Part shown: one piece after another, positions 14,201 through 27,759 of the stretch
How the letters are laid out: each line of letters opens with the position of its first letter
Position numbering within the stretch: the stretch's first letter is position 1
Assembly (NCBI RefSeq): GCF_009914755.1
Contig: NC_060926.1
DNA length: 64,000 bases
DNA from: the human T2T-CHM13v2.0 reference genome, Homo sapiens
Direction: 5' to 3' (one strand)
Translations under genes and position numbers: made by a program
The notes under the pieces: generated by a model
Databases searched by the model: none
What the model saw: the letters and a program-made list of their open reading frames with translations, nothing else
What the model was told of the DNA's origin: nothing

Positions 14201-17200
14201 TGAGGTTACAGCATTAGTCAGTGTGTTGTCCTGCCTAGGCCTCAAACAGTATATGGGAATTATCATCCATTCTACCTATTTCAAAAGATTGCATCAGGAG
14301 GAAGAGGGTCTGAAGCAAGAAGGAAACAAAATGGGTCACTTTAAGACTATTTAAAAGTATATGTGTTCCTCAAACCCCACATTCATTATTGACATTCTTC
14401 AGATGAAGGTACCTTGATAAAGCTCCACTGGTTATTTCAGACTGAGCAAATCTCTTTGTCCCCACCTTCACAGTACCCATTCCCCACATCAACCACAACA
14501 CACACATACTCACGCATTTTGAGAACCACTAGTCCCTCTGGCTTGGGACTTGGATGGTGGCCATTAGCAAAATGATCAAAGGAGTGTTAGGCTTGATGGG
14601 TTGGGTAGATTTTTCCTGGCATCTTCAGTTGTAAATTGATCTGGTGTCTCCAAGTAAGACCCTAGTCTTAAATATGTTTAATTATGTCAGAATTGAGCAG
14701 AATTGGACAGGATTGGGCTGAATTGGTCTTGTGGCTAGATTTGTGTTGGCCTTGACTTGCTTAATACAGGTTTCCATTGGGCATTTGTACTCTCTGGGCT
14801 TGTCAGGACCCTGGACTGTACTGGTCCATTTCCACTGTCATCTGAGTTCTGAGTTGGATTGGCCTGGTCTCTGGTCTAAATGAAACGAACTTTTTGTTCA
14901 GCAAGTCTTTGGGTCCTTTTGAGCATCTGAAATGGACGTTTTAGGTTGTTATAAACTATGGATTACTCTTGACTGGATCCTTGGTAAGAATGTGCTCTTC
15001 AGAGGCTTGGCTGTGACTTAAGATGCACAGGGATGTTGTGTGGCCTTAGCTGAGCTGGGATGCAAACCAGATTAAACAGGATCTGCCTCTGGGCTGACAA
15101 TGATATAGGAAATAGGCTGATTTTTTGCAGGGCTCTGAATTGGTCAGAGTTTGATTGGGCCTGTGTTGAATGGGTTTCATCACTGCATTGGAGTAGGTGT
15201 TAGCAGGGCTTTGGGATGGGTTTTGGAGTGTCCGTAAATGAGTCAAGGGACTTATTGAACTGAATTTATTTTTAAGGTTGACTTGGTTGGGCTTTGGATA
15301 GGGTATCAATGGGATGCTGAGTTCAAAGAGGTTTTGACTGTTTCTAGGCTGAAGTTGTGGCTGGCTTGACCTATAAGATACCATCAGGACATCTTGCTCT
15401 AGCCTATGGTTCTGCCCCTGGGCTTAATTTTATTACTGTATCTTTGCTTTCCCTATCACCAAAAGTCAATACTCAGCTGATTCAGATTCTTAAGACACTT
15501 TGTTGTTCCAGATGATTAATTGCTTCTGGGAACACTCACTTCACTTTTTGCCTATGGTGGTCCCAGAGACTACAGGATCCTCCAAGATCCTGGAAAACAC
15601 TGGACCTACCTGACTGACATAAAACTTTATGGAGAGTATCAGATTTTTCCACATTGTGGCAAATATTTCTTCTCTAGGGAAAAAAAATTGTTTTTTACTC
15701 AAATTTTTTTGGGGTAGTCTGGGTTACCTGGAACCTTTTCTAAAATGTTAAGAATGCAGACAAATGGCACTTAGTGCCCAGTGAGTTCTTGACAGATTAT
15801 TAGGACAGTAAACTTTGTGTTTGACAACCGGGGAAAAGGGCTCGCTCACATGTGTTTGAAAGTAGAGGGCAAGTAAGAGAGAGCGAGTTACTAAGAGGCT
15901 GATATTGTAGATAGGCAGGGCATATTTAATAATTACTGTCTCAAGGAAGGAAGCCTAGTAAATTCAGGTAGAACAGTGATCAGAGTGCAGGACTAAAGCC
16001 TTGAGACAATCAGTCTAGTCAGACAAACTCTCCAATCTTTTGGAAGGCAGGGACCTTGAAATTCCTGGTACCTTTGAATATCTTGGGATTCTTCCTTGTG
16101 GCAAATAAAACATTTGAACATTTACAAGTTACCCCTTATCCCCTTATCTTCTTGAAAGAGAGTTTTCTGCTTCCTGGTAACCCAGCACAGTCTAACATTG
16201 TTCGCATTACTTTACTGGAATGCTCCTTTGTGACACAGTGACACTTGTGCCAAATCACTGGAGTTTTCTTAGGGCTTATCCTCCTGACTTCCACAGCATA
16301 TGGCTCTGTTGACTACTTCTTCCTGCAAGAAACTCTTTCCTGCCTAGGCTTCCAGGTTACCCTTCAAATGCTCCCACGTGCATGGTTAATTTTCTCCTGT
16401 ACTTCTCCAAGTCCAGAAATATCCATCCACAGGCTGAACATCACCATGTATATCGTTCTTCCACTGCCTTGAATTAAAGAAGCAGAAGAGTCCCTTCCAA
16501 ACCTCATGTATCTATCTTTATAGGCCTTGAAAAGGCTGATCAACCTCTTCCAGAACACTGGAGGCCTTGGAAGGCATTAGGAACCAGGACACTCCCAATC
16601 AAGTCAGAACACTGAGAATTACCTCAAGAGGATGGTAACATTTGTGTAGGAAGATCTTGACATTTATATGTCTCTGAGTTGTAAAATCATTCTGGAAAAT
16701 GCTAGCAGGAACCCACCAAGACTCTCCCCAAGCCGCCTTCTAGCCTGCAGTGACTGACCCACCTCTCCCATTTCTCTACAAGCACTAATTATGAGGCCAC
16801 TACAGCCTAACAAACAAAGGCAAAAGTTGTTGCCAATTTTTGACACCTGACAACATCCCCCGCTGAGCGAACATGCTGGGATCACAGAAGAGGCTTCATT
16901 TACCACTGTTATAGACTATGGACATCTTTGTCGTATTTAAACTCTCCCTGCGAATAACCATATCTCTGCAGCTCAACTTCAAGCTCACTTCTCAAGAATG
17001 TTTGGAGAACACCTCCCTACAGTGAGTGAGGCTGGCACAAAGCCCTCTAGGTAGAAGAGGCAGCCTGGAATGTATTTCCTCAGGCTGGAGGGAGAGCAGG
17101 GTAGAGGCATTTTAAGATCTAGAGATGGACTTCTTTCTAGAATCCTGGAAGAGAGGCAGAGGCACTGGGACACTCAAATATCTGAATTCCTCTCACTGCC

Positions 17201-17954
17201 TGTCTGCCCTGGAAAATACCATCTTTGTCCAGAGGAGCCTCTTGATCTTTCTCCCCTTCCCCATAACCTTGTTTCCCACAGAATATCCTCTCTCCTCCCA
17301 CCCCTGGAAGAACTATGCCCTCATCTATCTTGGATAATGGTGTCTGTAACTTTGAAGAGCTCTATCAGGACACCCCCTGCTTCCTTCCGGGGTAATTTCC
17401 TAAACTATTTTGCCTGTAAAGCTCTCAACACATTCCTCTGTCACCTAAACTCTTAACAACTTGAGACGGCCCTGGGGGCATGACGGTGAGAGAAGATATT
17501 CTTAATGCTTCCCTGATTCATCTCACCCCTCCACCCGCTTTCCACATTCAAGCTCTTTCCTATTCCTTGCCAATCCCATAAACACTCTCTCCATCACATT
17601 GTCATATCCCTTTTCTTCTCTTACCAGCTCCCACCAGTGTTTCTGCTTTCCCTTACCCATCTGATTTCTATAGATTTCCTCACTGTCTTTCAAGTCATCG
17701 AGCTGCAGTGGGGTCAGCATGGGTTTTCAATCCTTTGAGGAGAAAGAAGACATGGAAGAGGAAGACTTGGATGGTTAGGGTATTTTAATCTCCCTCCAAT
17801 TATTTTTTTCCTGAGAGCAATAATTCCCAAAGTATGGGTTTAATACATTTTATCTATGAAACAACAGTTTCATGGTCAAGTAAGTCTGGGAAACACAGTT
17901 CAGCAATTTTTTTCCTACAGAAATTCTCAAGGCTTTAATATGATACTAGGCATA

Positions 17955-18455
17955 TATTAGTTATCTTTTATTATATTTAAAATTGCCCCCAAACTTAGAG
18001 ACTTAAAACACTAATAAAAATTCGCTTATTTCTGTGGATCAGGAATCAGGGAATGGCTTAGCTGGGTAGTTCTTGTTTGGGATCTCTCATGAGGTTGCAG
18101 TCAAGATGTCAGACAGGGCTGCAGTCAGCTGAAGGCTTCACAGGATGTCAGGAACCTATGTCCAAGATGGGTCACTCACAATGTTGGCAAAGTGGTGTTG
18201 GCTGCCAGCAGGGGTCTCAGTTCCTTACCACACGGACCCCTCCTTGGGGCTGCTTGTGTGTTCTCACGACATGGCAGTGGGCTCTCCTACAGTGAGTGAT
18301 CCAAGAGAGAAGGGAAAAACCACAACATCTCTCATGGCCTATCCTCAGAAGCCACACACCATCTTCTTAATTACTCACAGGTCAGTCTCACCCAAGGTGG
18401 AAGGGGTGTGAATTCCAGGAGGTGAGAAACACTGGGTTCATTTTGGAGGCAGGTC
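17955..18455 (-). mobile_element. MaLR LTR (MLT1-type), ~1.1-1.6 kb upstream of the presumed TSS
   Basis: ttctgtggatcaggaatc..ggcttagctgggt..tctctcatgaggttgcagtcaagatgtc..gggctgcagtca.ctgaaggctt consensus motifs. Confidence 0.8.
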
Positions 18456-19552
18456 AGTGCTACGCATGACAAATCTTCAAGGCTGATTTGACAACATGAT
18501 TATTGGTTAGTGGAGCATTCCAAGACACTAAGATTCCATGGTACACATGTTGGGGGAAACCACCATGGACTGTCACATTGGGGTATAAGGGTCTGGGAGG
18601 CACACAAGTGGAGGGGAATATGTGTGTCTGGAGGAAGAATCCTGGGAAAACAGTACATGCATATGCACTGAGGGCTCCCAGAGCGGAAGACAATAGGAAG
18701 CTAGAACTGGGGTACCACTCGGAACTGGGGCTCAGAGGCTGATTCTCCAATTTAGAGAGGCTAGCACGGAACTTCCCTGCCAATTCCAAACTGCTTGGAG
18801 CGTCTCTACTCTTGTAAGCTGTTTACTTCCTCCATCCTAAATCAAAGATAGAGAGAAAATGTCAAAGTTCACAGGCTGAAAAGAAGAACTATTATCATAG
18901 AATCCCTAAAAGATGGAGATGGTGGCCATCTAGAAGGCTCAGCTGTTCCATGCCGGGAGCAGCCCTAAGTACCACACTCTGTGGGGTTGTTTGTGATGGT
19001 TTCAGACCGGACCCCAACAGTCTCTTTTATGGTCCAGACAGACTAAGACCATGTAAGGTCACTCTGATGACTCATACCACAAAGGTCCCGTTTTTCCCCT
19101 ACTTCATCTGCACAATGGTTTGTTTGCAAAGGTCCTAGCCTGGGGAGCCGGAGTCACCGTGGTTGGAGGAAACAAATTCTCATCCAATGTTTAGTGACCT
19201 TATCAAAAGATGCAGGATAGGGAAGGAAAAGAAGGAATAGAAGGACTACAGAGAATGGAGAGGCGGTCACGGAAAAAGAAAGGGAAAGTGCGTGGGAAGA
19301 AGGAAGGAGTAAGAAAACACGCACAGCTCACATGAGAATGGTAAGGACAAGGAAATTTATACGCGAAGCCTGGAAGCGCCCCCGCCCCCGACGCACTCCC
19401 GCGGGTCCCACGCGTGCTTTCGCCGCCTTTGTCCACAAGGTGGCAGCCTTTGAACTTTCTTCCCCGTAAGAACGCGAAAGGGGGGCAGAGAGGAAGGAGA
19501 GAAGGCAAAGCACTGCCCCCACCAAGAACAATTTGAAACCCCCCCCCCCCCC

Positions 19553-20061
<509 letters not shown>

Positions 20062-20598
20062 TAAGTGCCGCGAGTTGTCCCCCCCACCCCAGGCTAAGCG
20101 GGCGAAAACGCTTTCGCCCCGGGCCGGGCTCGTTGGCAGGGTCGCCTGGGGACAGGAGCGCATCTCCAGGGCCACAGAGGGACCGCGCGGCAGGCGGCGG
20201 CGGAGTGCTGCGCCTTTGTTGGGGCGCGCTCCTCCCAGCCTCGGCTCCAGAGCCCGCAGCCGAGGCGACGCCGCTTGCTCGGAAGGGGACAGACTTCTTT
20301 TCTGTCTTGCTTTCTGTGTCCCAGGAGCAGGCAAGGGGCTTGGAGGATGCTATTGTCTTGCTGAGTTTCTGTGACTCCCTCCCGTGTTGGTGGGAAAGGC
20401 TTGCTTACCAAAGGCAGAACTTGCAGGCACAGGCACTCCTAAAGTTAGAGGCTTGGGCATTTTAAAGCCAATCGTCGCATTTTGTTTTTGTTTTTGTTTT
20501 TTTGTTTTGTTTTGAAACGCTGTCCCACGGAAGGCATTATCTTTGCTCCTAATCATGTAATGCATACTTCTCACCGGGCACTGAGTGAGAATGAAAGG

Positions 20599-20797
20599 CA
20601 GGGTTTCTTAACCTTGGCACTTCTGAGATTGAAACCTGGTAATTCTTTGTGGTGGGGGCTGTCCTGCGCGTTGTAGGATGTTTAGCAGCATCCTTGGCCT
20701 CTGCCCACTGGATGCCAGTAACATCCCCCGCCCCCCACTCCTTCCTTATTAGTGGTGACAACTAAAAATGCCTCCAGACATTGCCAAATGTCCCTCC
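20599..20797 (-). mobile_element. MER20 (hAT-Charlie DNA transposon)
   Basis: cagggtttctta accttggcac ... aattctttgtggtgggggctgtcctg ... aaaatgcctccagacattgccaaatgtccc matches the MER20 consensus as I recall it. Confidence 0.88.
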
Positions 20798-21559
20798 CCT
20801 TCGACTTGAGTACCCCAGATGTAGTGAATTCAAGCTCTTGGCCATTTGACTGGTGGGCTACCAGGGAGGTGCAGGAGCCCTGGTTTCCTTGCAAAAAGTG
20901 GTTAGGCTTTAGGATTTGCTCAAGGGAGAGCTGAATTCTGACCAATGAAGCACTTCCCAAATCCGCATAAGTTTGCCAAGCCACAGTCACCCAAGGAAGC
21001 TTCATGCTATCTGCTGAAAACCAGCTTCAACGATAAAAAGCCCCTCACAGAAGATCCGTGCTCATTAAAACTGAGTGAGCTCTCCAGTGCCAGGAGAGGC
21101 GCTTTGCTGTTACAGTGGTGGGGAGATGGATTTCACAGACTGGAAAGTATTTAGGAGTTGGAAAAAGAGTCCTGCAAAATAAGCTGGCTAGCTAGACACC
21201 AAATGTGCTTTGCAGTTGCCCCTGGAGTTTGATTTTTCCGTAAAGGCTGTTTTGAACTCCAGATTCTTTGGATGAAAAGTGAGATTTCTTTTCTGCAGAT
21301 TTATGAGAAGGTGGATACTGAAAATATGCTCCAGTGCTAAGGAATGGAATTTCTTTTGTTACTTCTAGTGGCTGGAAGCATCAGCTCACAGACTTAGAGA
21401 CAGTGCATGAAAACAGTCGGAGGTGCTCCTCCTCCGTGCTTTTTTAAAAAGCCAATTCAGAATGATATTCAGGAAAATCTAAAAAAAAAAAAAAAGGGGG
21501 ACAGAATCACCATGTCTCTGAATGGATGACTGTAGAGATACTATAGAGATATGGATACT

Positions 21560-23220
21560 GTAGAGATAACCAGTTTTCCCCAAATTAATTTAGAAATTGA
21601 ATTCAACTTTTCAGTCAAAGTTCTGAAAGAGTTTGTTTTGATGATAAGAATTTAACAAAATGATTCTAGGCTTATCTTAGCAAAAAAAAAAAAAACAGGT
21701 AAAAAGAGCTGAAACATTTTTGGAAAAGAATAATGAAGCCATATTCTCTCTCCAAATATTAAAATGTATTATAATGTAAATTAATAAAAACAGGATGGTA
21801 AAGGCCAAAGAATAGGTGGATAGAGTAGAAAATCTAAAAAGACAAGTACATGTAGATCCAAACACATGTAAACATTTAGTGGAATTTCCAATCAGTATAT
21901 AATGATTCATTAATTTAAAAAAAAATGGTTCCTGGACAAGTGATTGATAACATGGAGAATGAAAAAGGTTAGATTTATACTTTACAAACCATACACATAA
22001 ATAAATTTCAGAAAGGTTGAAAATCTAAATATTTAGAATGAAATGATCAAAGAACTAGAAGATAATTTAGATGAATATTACTGTAATCTTAGGTTTAGAG
22101 CTTTTAAAACATGATAAGGAAGAAACCATAAAGGAAAATAGAGATTTGAATATATTAAAATTTTACACTTCTATAAATGAAAAATAAGCCATGAAAAAAC
22201 ATAAGAAGTTACAATAACTATTGCCACATAAATCACTCTCTTAAGATTGATTTTCATATATAAAAAGCAGTAAAAGCAAAATCCCAATAGGAAATAGCCT
22301 AAGTGCATAATTCACAAGAGAAAAAAATATGAGTCAATAAATGAACTAAAAAGGTCGTTATTAATCAAAGAAATGAAAAAATCAAACAATATGATTTTTA
22401 TTAGGTTGGCAAAAACTTTTTTAAAAATTACAATATTCAGTATTGGCCAATTTGTGGGAGATAGGCACTGTCATTTCTTACTAGGGAAAATGTAAATTGG
22501 TGCAGTCTTTCTAGACTTGCGCTGTCCAGTAGAACTTTCTAGGTCGGTAGAAAAGTTCTATATCTGTGCAGTTCAATACAGTAGCTACTAGCCATATGTG
22601 ACTCGAGCACTTGAAATGTAGTTAGTGCGATTGAGGAAGTGAATTTTTAATTTTATATAAGTTTAACTAATTTGAACTTTAATAGCCACATGTGGCTACC
22701 ATACCGGATAGTGCAGACAAGAAGATAATTTGGCGACACATATAAAATGCTTTTAAAAAATGAGGGGTGTTCCTTTCCATCGAGCAATTTCATGTCCTAA
22801 AGAAAAAAAATCCAAATAGTCACAAAGAAGTACCTACATGTATGTTTATGGAGGTGCTGTTTATAATAAAAAGCTGAGGATTACATGTGTCTAACAGCAG
22901 TGGATTTACTAAGGTATGATATGTGTATAGTATTGAACCTGCATTGCATGTTATACAAGCTTGTAAGCTATTTTAGGAGAAATACATAATTCTTAACATA
23001 CTATACACTTTTAGATGGAAATGCAATTACCAAACGTCATCTGCGTTATGATTCCACCTGTTTAAAAAGTTAAACACACACATGTGTATGTCTCTATTTA
23101 CCAATATGGTACTACTATTTGTCTCTAGCAGGTAGAATTTTAAATTTTGTTTACATGTTTTTCTTAATTTTTCTGTACTGAACATACATTACTTTTATAT
23201 TCAACAAAAATAAGTTATTT
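21560..23220 (+). mobile_element. Ancient L1M(E)-type 3' fragments, interrupted by MER3
   Basis: A-rich sequence with decayed ORF2-end motifs (aaatgattctagg, aaaccatacacataaataaatttc, aaaatgtaaattggtgcagtctttct). Confidence 0.55.
22518..22716. mobile_element. MER3 (hAT-Charlie)
   Basis: gcgctgtccagtagaactttc ... gagcacttgaaatgt ... aatagccacatgtggcta ... ggatagtgcag with terminal inverted repeats. Confidence 0.82.
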
Positions 23221-25939
23221 TGAATTTGTTTTGAAAATCATGTCAAGTGGGTCTCTAAACAGTGTGCTCACTTCCAAGCCCCTTGCTGTTGTAAAGGATG
23301 CTGCTGCTTTTATATTTAATCCTGGAGTAAATGTCTGAGTGCATCATAGGATTCTATGAAGCACATTGGAGACCCAAAAATGCTCCAGGAAAAGAAATGG
23401 TGGGGAGACCTTTACAGACATTCAGGTGGATGCCTCTGACTTCCTTTAGCTGTTCTGTTGCTGGAAGAGAAGGATATTTTTGTGCTGAATGAAAAACTTG
23501 CTAGAACTTGGTGCGGTAGTGCACACTCCACCAGCTTACCACCTCCATCCAGGCTAATTTATGAGATTGATGAGTCCAGAGCTAGGGGATGGGCCAAAAC
23601 GCAGTGGTGGCAAACAGACCCCTGGGTGGTCGCTAAAGACATGATCTTCTGTCCTAGAGAGAACCTCCTCACACAGTGCTGTCCAGCACCCAACCACAGC
23701 CAGAGTGGAAAGTGAAAAAATGCTGACTCATTTTTTCCTTGGGCTTCTTAGATCCTTTCGCTGGCAAGACACTGTCTACAGTCTGAAACCGAGGGATCAT
23801 AGGGGACTGAATCCACCATTCTTCTCCCAATCCCTGCAACTCCTTCTTCCCCTGCAACTGGTTCTCTTTTCCCATGACATTAAATCTCAGCTCATTTCAG
23901 CTTTAAGCAAGCTGCATCTCTGGCCTGGAGGGAACCCAGATTATACATTTAATGGAACGTCATGTTTTCTCAACCAGGAGCAAAGACTTCATAATGATAA
24001 CCTAGAAAATACCACAGTAACACAATAGGGCATTATTAGTGGCTTTGGCGACTGGGCTGGTGGACTGGGCTGCACAAGGCTTTATACTGATGGAATTTCA
24101 TGTTCACTTAAACATGCTTTTCTGGTTATAGTCAGGAAAAATAGATTGCTGGGAATTCAGTCGGGGATTTGAAAAGTTAGATTTGGAAGGCTCTGTTCAA
24201 CAAAAAGCAAAGAAACAGCTAGCCTCTTTTAAGTCTTCCAGGGGATCTTCCAAGATGAATGCACCCATTTGACCAACCCACAGACATAACTACCTTCCCT
24301 CTCTCACAGCACCCCCCCACCCTCTCTTATTACGTATATGTTTATGTATTACATATTGGACTATTTTACATGGAGCTATTAGTCACTTGAATGGAGATAG
24401 TGGATTCTGCATCATGAATCTCAAGTGGCTGGCTATGTTATGTGTGCCCTGAAGACTTCAAAAATAGAATGTGGGAAAGAGAGCAGGAGGAGTGGAGATG
24501 GTGGTCTGGAAGGCAGGAGTAAACGCTGAGCAGCTTTATTTATAGGACTTGCCAAAGCCACAGCCTGTCATTCATTTTCTGCACCTAATAAATCCTTATA
24601 TGTCTAAAGGCCCCCCACAGGCTCACCATGTGCTCCTTCCCCGTAAGACCTCCGACTCCCCCTGCCATTTCCCTTCTGTTCGGCACCAGTTTTCTTTTTC
24701 TTCCACTGTACAAAGGGATTCCATGTTGCCACTCCCCCAGAGTTCCAACCACAGCACCCACACCTGGATGATGCCCTGCTGGTGCTGATTTGCAGGACCA
24801 CTGTTATGTGTTGTACTCCAGGGACAGGATCATCAGATAGATTTTTGTAGCATTAGGCTGGAAATTTCCCCATCAGGTATAGTACTGGCTTTTTTCTGGG
24901 AAAATATCTTCTGAGTTCCCAACTACTAACTTACAAAAGAAATACTGGATTGGGAACTTGTGTGAGTCTTGCAGACTCATGCTCTCTCACAAGGGTCCCA
25001 AAGACAACCTTGTTTGGTAGGTAGGGCGAAGCATGACTGTCCCTAATTTGAAGATAAGAAAACCTTTGTTCAGTCCACTGGGTTAAGTGACTTGCCCAAG
25101 GACCTAGGATTAGATCACGACAGAGCTAGGACAGTGTCTGCCCTTGACTCCCAGACCAGCTCTTTCCACTCATCTTCCCTGTAGAGTTGGGCCATAATGA
25201 GAAGCACATGGCAATACAACTAGAGGAACTGGGTAGATTCCAGGAATTCAAAATCCCCGCATCAGAGTTTCAGTAAATCATGGTGCATAAGGCGATTAAA
25301 GTTACTTAATTGAGGAGCTACTACTCTGCTGTTAAATCAGCTGTAGTTGATGGAAAGTATCAGGAACTCCAACCCCCTGCAACCCAGAGAAATGCTCCAG
25401 AGATCTAGGGGGTTAATTGATGAGTCAGACTTTAAGGTGTGTTCAGGACATTTTATTATGATAAATTCGTAATTTGTTCAGACTGAATCTGATAGAAAAA
25501 GGAAACTGAAGTCTGTAAATATGCTAAAACACACAGATGTAGCTTATTTTCAGAAATACATTGGAAGATGGCTTAGTGTCTGCAAAATTGGCTCTGAATA
25601 AGGAAAGCAAAGAGTTCAATAGAAGGCACCTTGAAGGTGCTACAATCAGATATTTTTTATATTTTTGGATTTTAATTCGTATAAGTCTTGTATATTTATT
25701 GTTAATTTCATTCCTAAGTATTTGATCATTTTGGTTATTGTAATGGGAAATTTTCTTCCATTTTAACTTGTTTGCTCTTAGACATATAAAGAGTATAAGT
25801 ATCTGTGTTGATTTTGTTGTGAATTATTTTACTGTTTCAAATAATTTCCTAGTTGATTCTCTTGGGTTTTCTGGATATATAATTATATAACCTGCAAATA
25901 ACAATTTTATCTCCTCTTTTCTCATTTCATACTCTAATT

Positions 25940-26580
25940 TCTTTTTTTCAACTTTTAAGTTCAGGGGTACATACAAACCTGCGCATCCTGCATATGTACC
26001 CCTGAACTTAAAATAAAAGATGTTAAAAAAAAGAAATTACATAAGAATGTGTCATGGAGTTTTGTTGTACAGATTATTTCATCACCGAGGTATCAAGCCT
26101 AGTACCCATTAGTTATTTTTCCTGATCCTCTCCCTCCTGTCACCTTCCACCCTCCGACAGGCCCCAGTGTCTGTTGTTCCCCTCTATGTGTCCATGTGTT
26201 CTCATTGTTTAGCTCCCACTTAACAAGTGAGAACATGCGGTATTTGGTTTTCTGTTTGTGCATTAGTTTTCTAAGGATAACAGCCTCCAGCTCCACCCAT
26301 GTTCCTGCAAAGAACATCATCTCCTTTTTTATAGCTACATAAAATGCCATGGTGTATATATACCACATTTGCTTTGTCTAATTTATCATTGATGTGCATT
26401 TAGGTTGATTTCATGTCTTTGCTATTGTGAATAGTGCTGCAGTGAACATATGCATGCATGTATCTTTATAATAGAACAATTTATATTCCTTTGGGTATAT
26501 TCTCAGTAAAGTGATTGGTGGGTCGAATGGTATTTCTGTCTTTAGGTCTTTGAGGAATTGCCACACTATCTTTTACAATA
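25940..26580 (-). mobile_element. L1 3'-end fragment (L1PA13-PB-like) with an internal inverted duplication of its terminus
   Basis: ORF 26099-26368(-) resembles the L1 ORF2 end/3' UTR. See the finding at 25935-26039. Confidence 0.9.
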
Positions 26581-26803
26581 ATAATTTTAAAGGGCATCAG
26601 AAAAATAGTTATCAGGGGCCAGGAATTTCTTTTATTATTATTATTTTTGTATTGAGGTGGACTTAATGCTTGGTTTTAAATGCTCCTCTAATTAAGTTCC
26701 ACATTTGGAGAAGGCCTTTGAGGCCAGGCAAGAGTTGGTAGAACTGCCTGCAAATTGGATAGTTTGGCATATGGGTCAAAAATAAAAATAAATAAGGCAA
26801 AAC

Positions 26804-26835
26804 TGTTTTGTTTTGTTTTGTTTTGTTTTGTTTTG
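26804..26835. repeat. (GTTTT)n pentanucleotide repeat
   Basis: Direct reading. Confidence 0.9.
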
Positions 26836-27499
26836 TGTTTCTGTCTGGGTCAGCCAAGTAACTACCTCTACTTTATTTAGCTGTGGAGACCTGGTTAAAC
26901 TCAGTGTCAAGGAGTGTTGGAGGAAGGCACCTGTCCCAAGATAACCTGTAATTATGTCCAAATGCTAAAGGATTCCTAGTGGTCCAGAAACAAATTCTGG
27001 GATCAATTAGGGAGACTTGGCTGTCACATAAATGCAAATGGGATTTGCTCTATGCTAATTTAGAATGTGTGTCTATGTTTGGTATGCGGCCAAGAGACTG
27101 GATCTTGCCTCTCCCCCTGATTACTCTGCAATAAAAGACAAAGAGAATATTTAAACATTTGTTGACACGTTTTTCAGACACGTCAGGTTCATACTGAAAA
27201 AGTAATTAGATTTCTCCAATTTGACTCAGCAGATTCTTCCATTCATTTGGCATAGATGACATACTCAGTTTTGATCACAAGTGTGTACTCCAATACATGC
27301 GTGGATGAAACAATGCCTATTGCAAGCAATGTCCTGCTATGGGAGGTAAAAGGAATGCAAAATAAACAGGAAGAAGTCCCAGGCTGTCAGGTTTTTATGG
27401 AGAAAAGTTAGAGGACTCTAGGCAGCCAGAGCTAAAGGCTTCAGTGAGGATTTGGGAAAGGGGCCAAGTAAAGTCAATTTTAGATCAGTAAGAAATAAG

Positions 27500-27715
27500 A
27501 AGTAACATTTACTGAACCCTTGCTACCTGCCAGACGCTATAGTAAACACTTTGCCTGTATGACCCTGTTTAGTGTTTACAACCCCCATAAGGTCTGTACA
27601 GTCATCATTACCATTTCACACGTGAGGAGACCGAGGTTTAGAGAGGTTACCCAAGGTCACTCTGAATGGTGAAACTAAGTCTCAAACCCAAGCCCCTCTG
27701 ACTCATAATCTATGC
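27500..27715 (-). mobile_element. MIR
   Basis: catttactgaacccttgctacctgccagac...ccatttcacacgtgaggagaccgaggtttagagaggtt..cccaaggtcac. Confidence 0.75.
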
Positions 27716-27759
27716 ACAAAGTTAAAAAGAATCTAAATATGCAAAAGAACATTGAATCA

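Noticed and set aside
21529-21568. Three short copies of act(g/a)tagagata, superficially array-like
   Set aside because: A tiny slippage repeat with no unique spacers of constant length; not CRISPR-like, and the DNA is eukaryotic.
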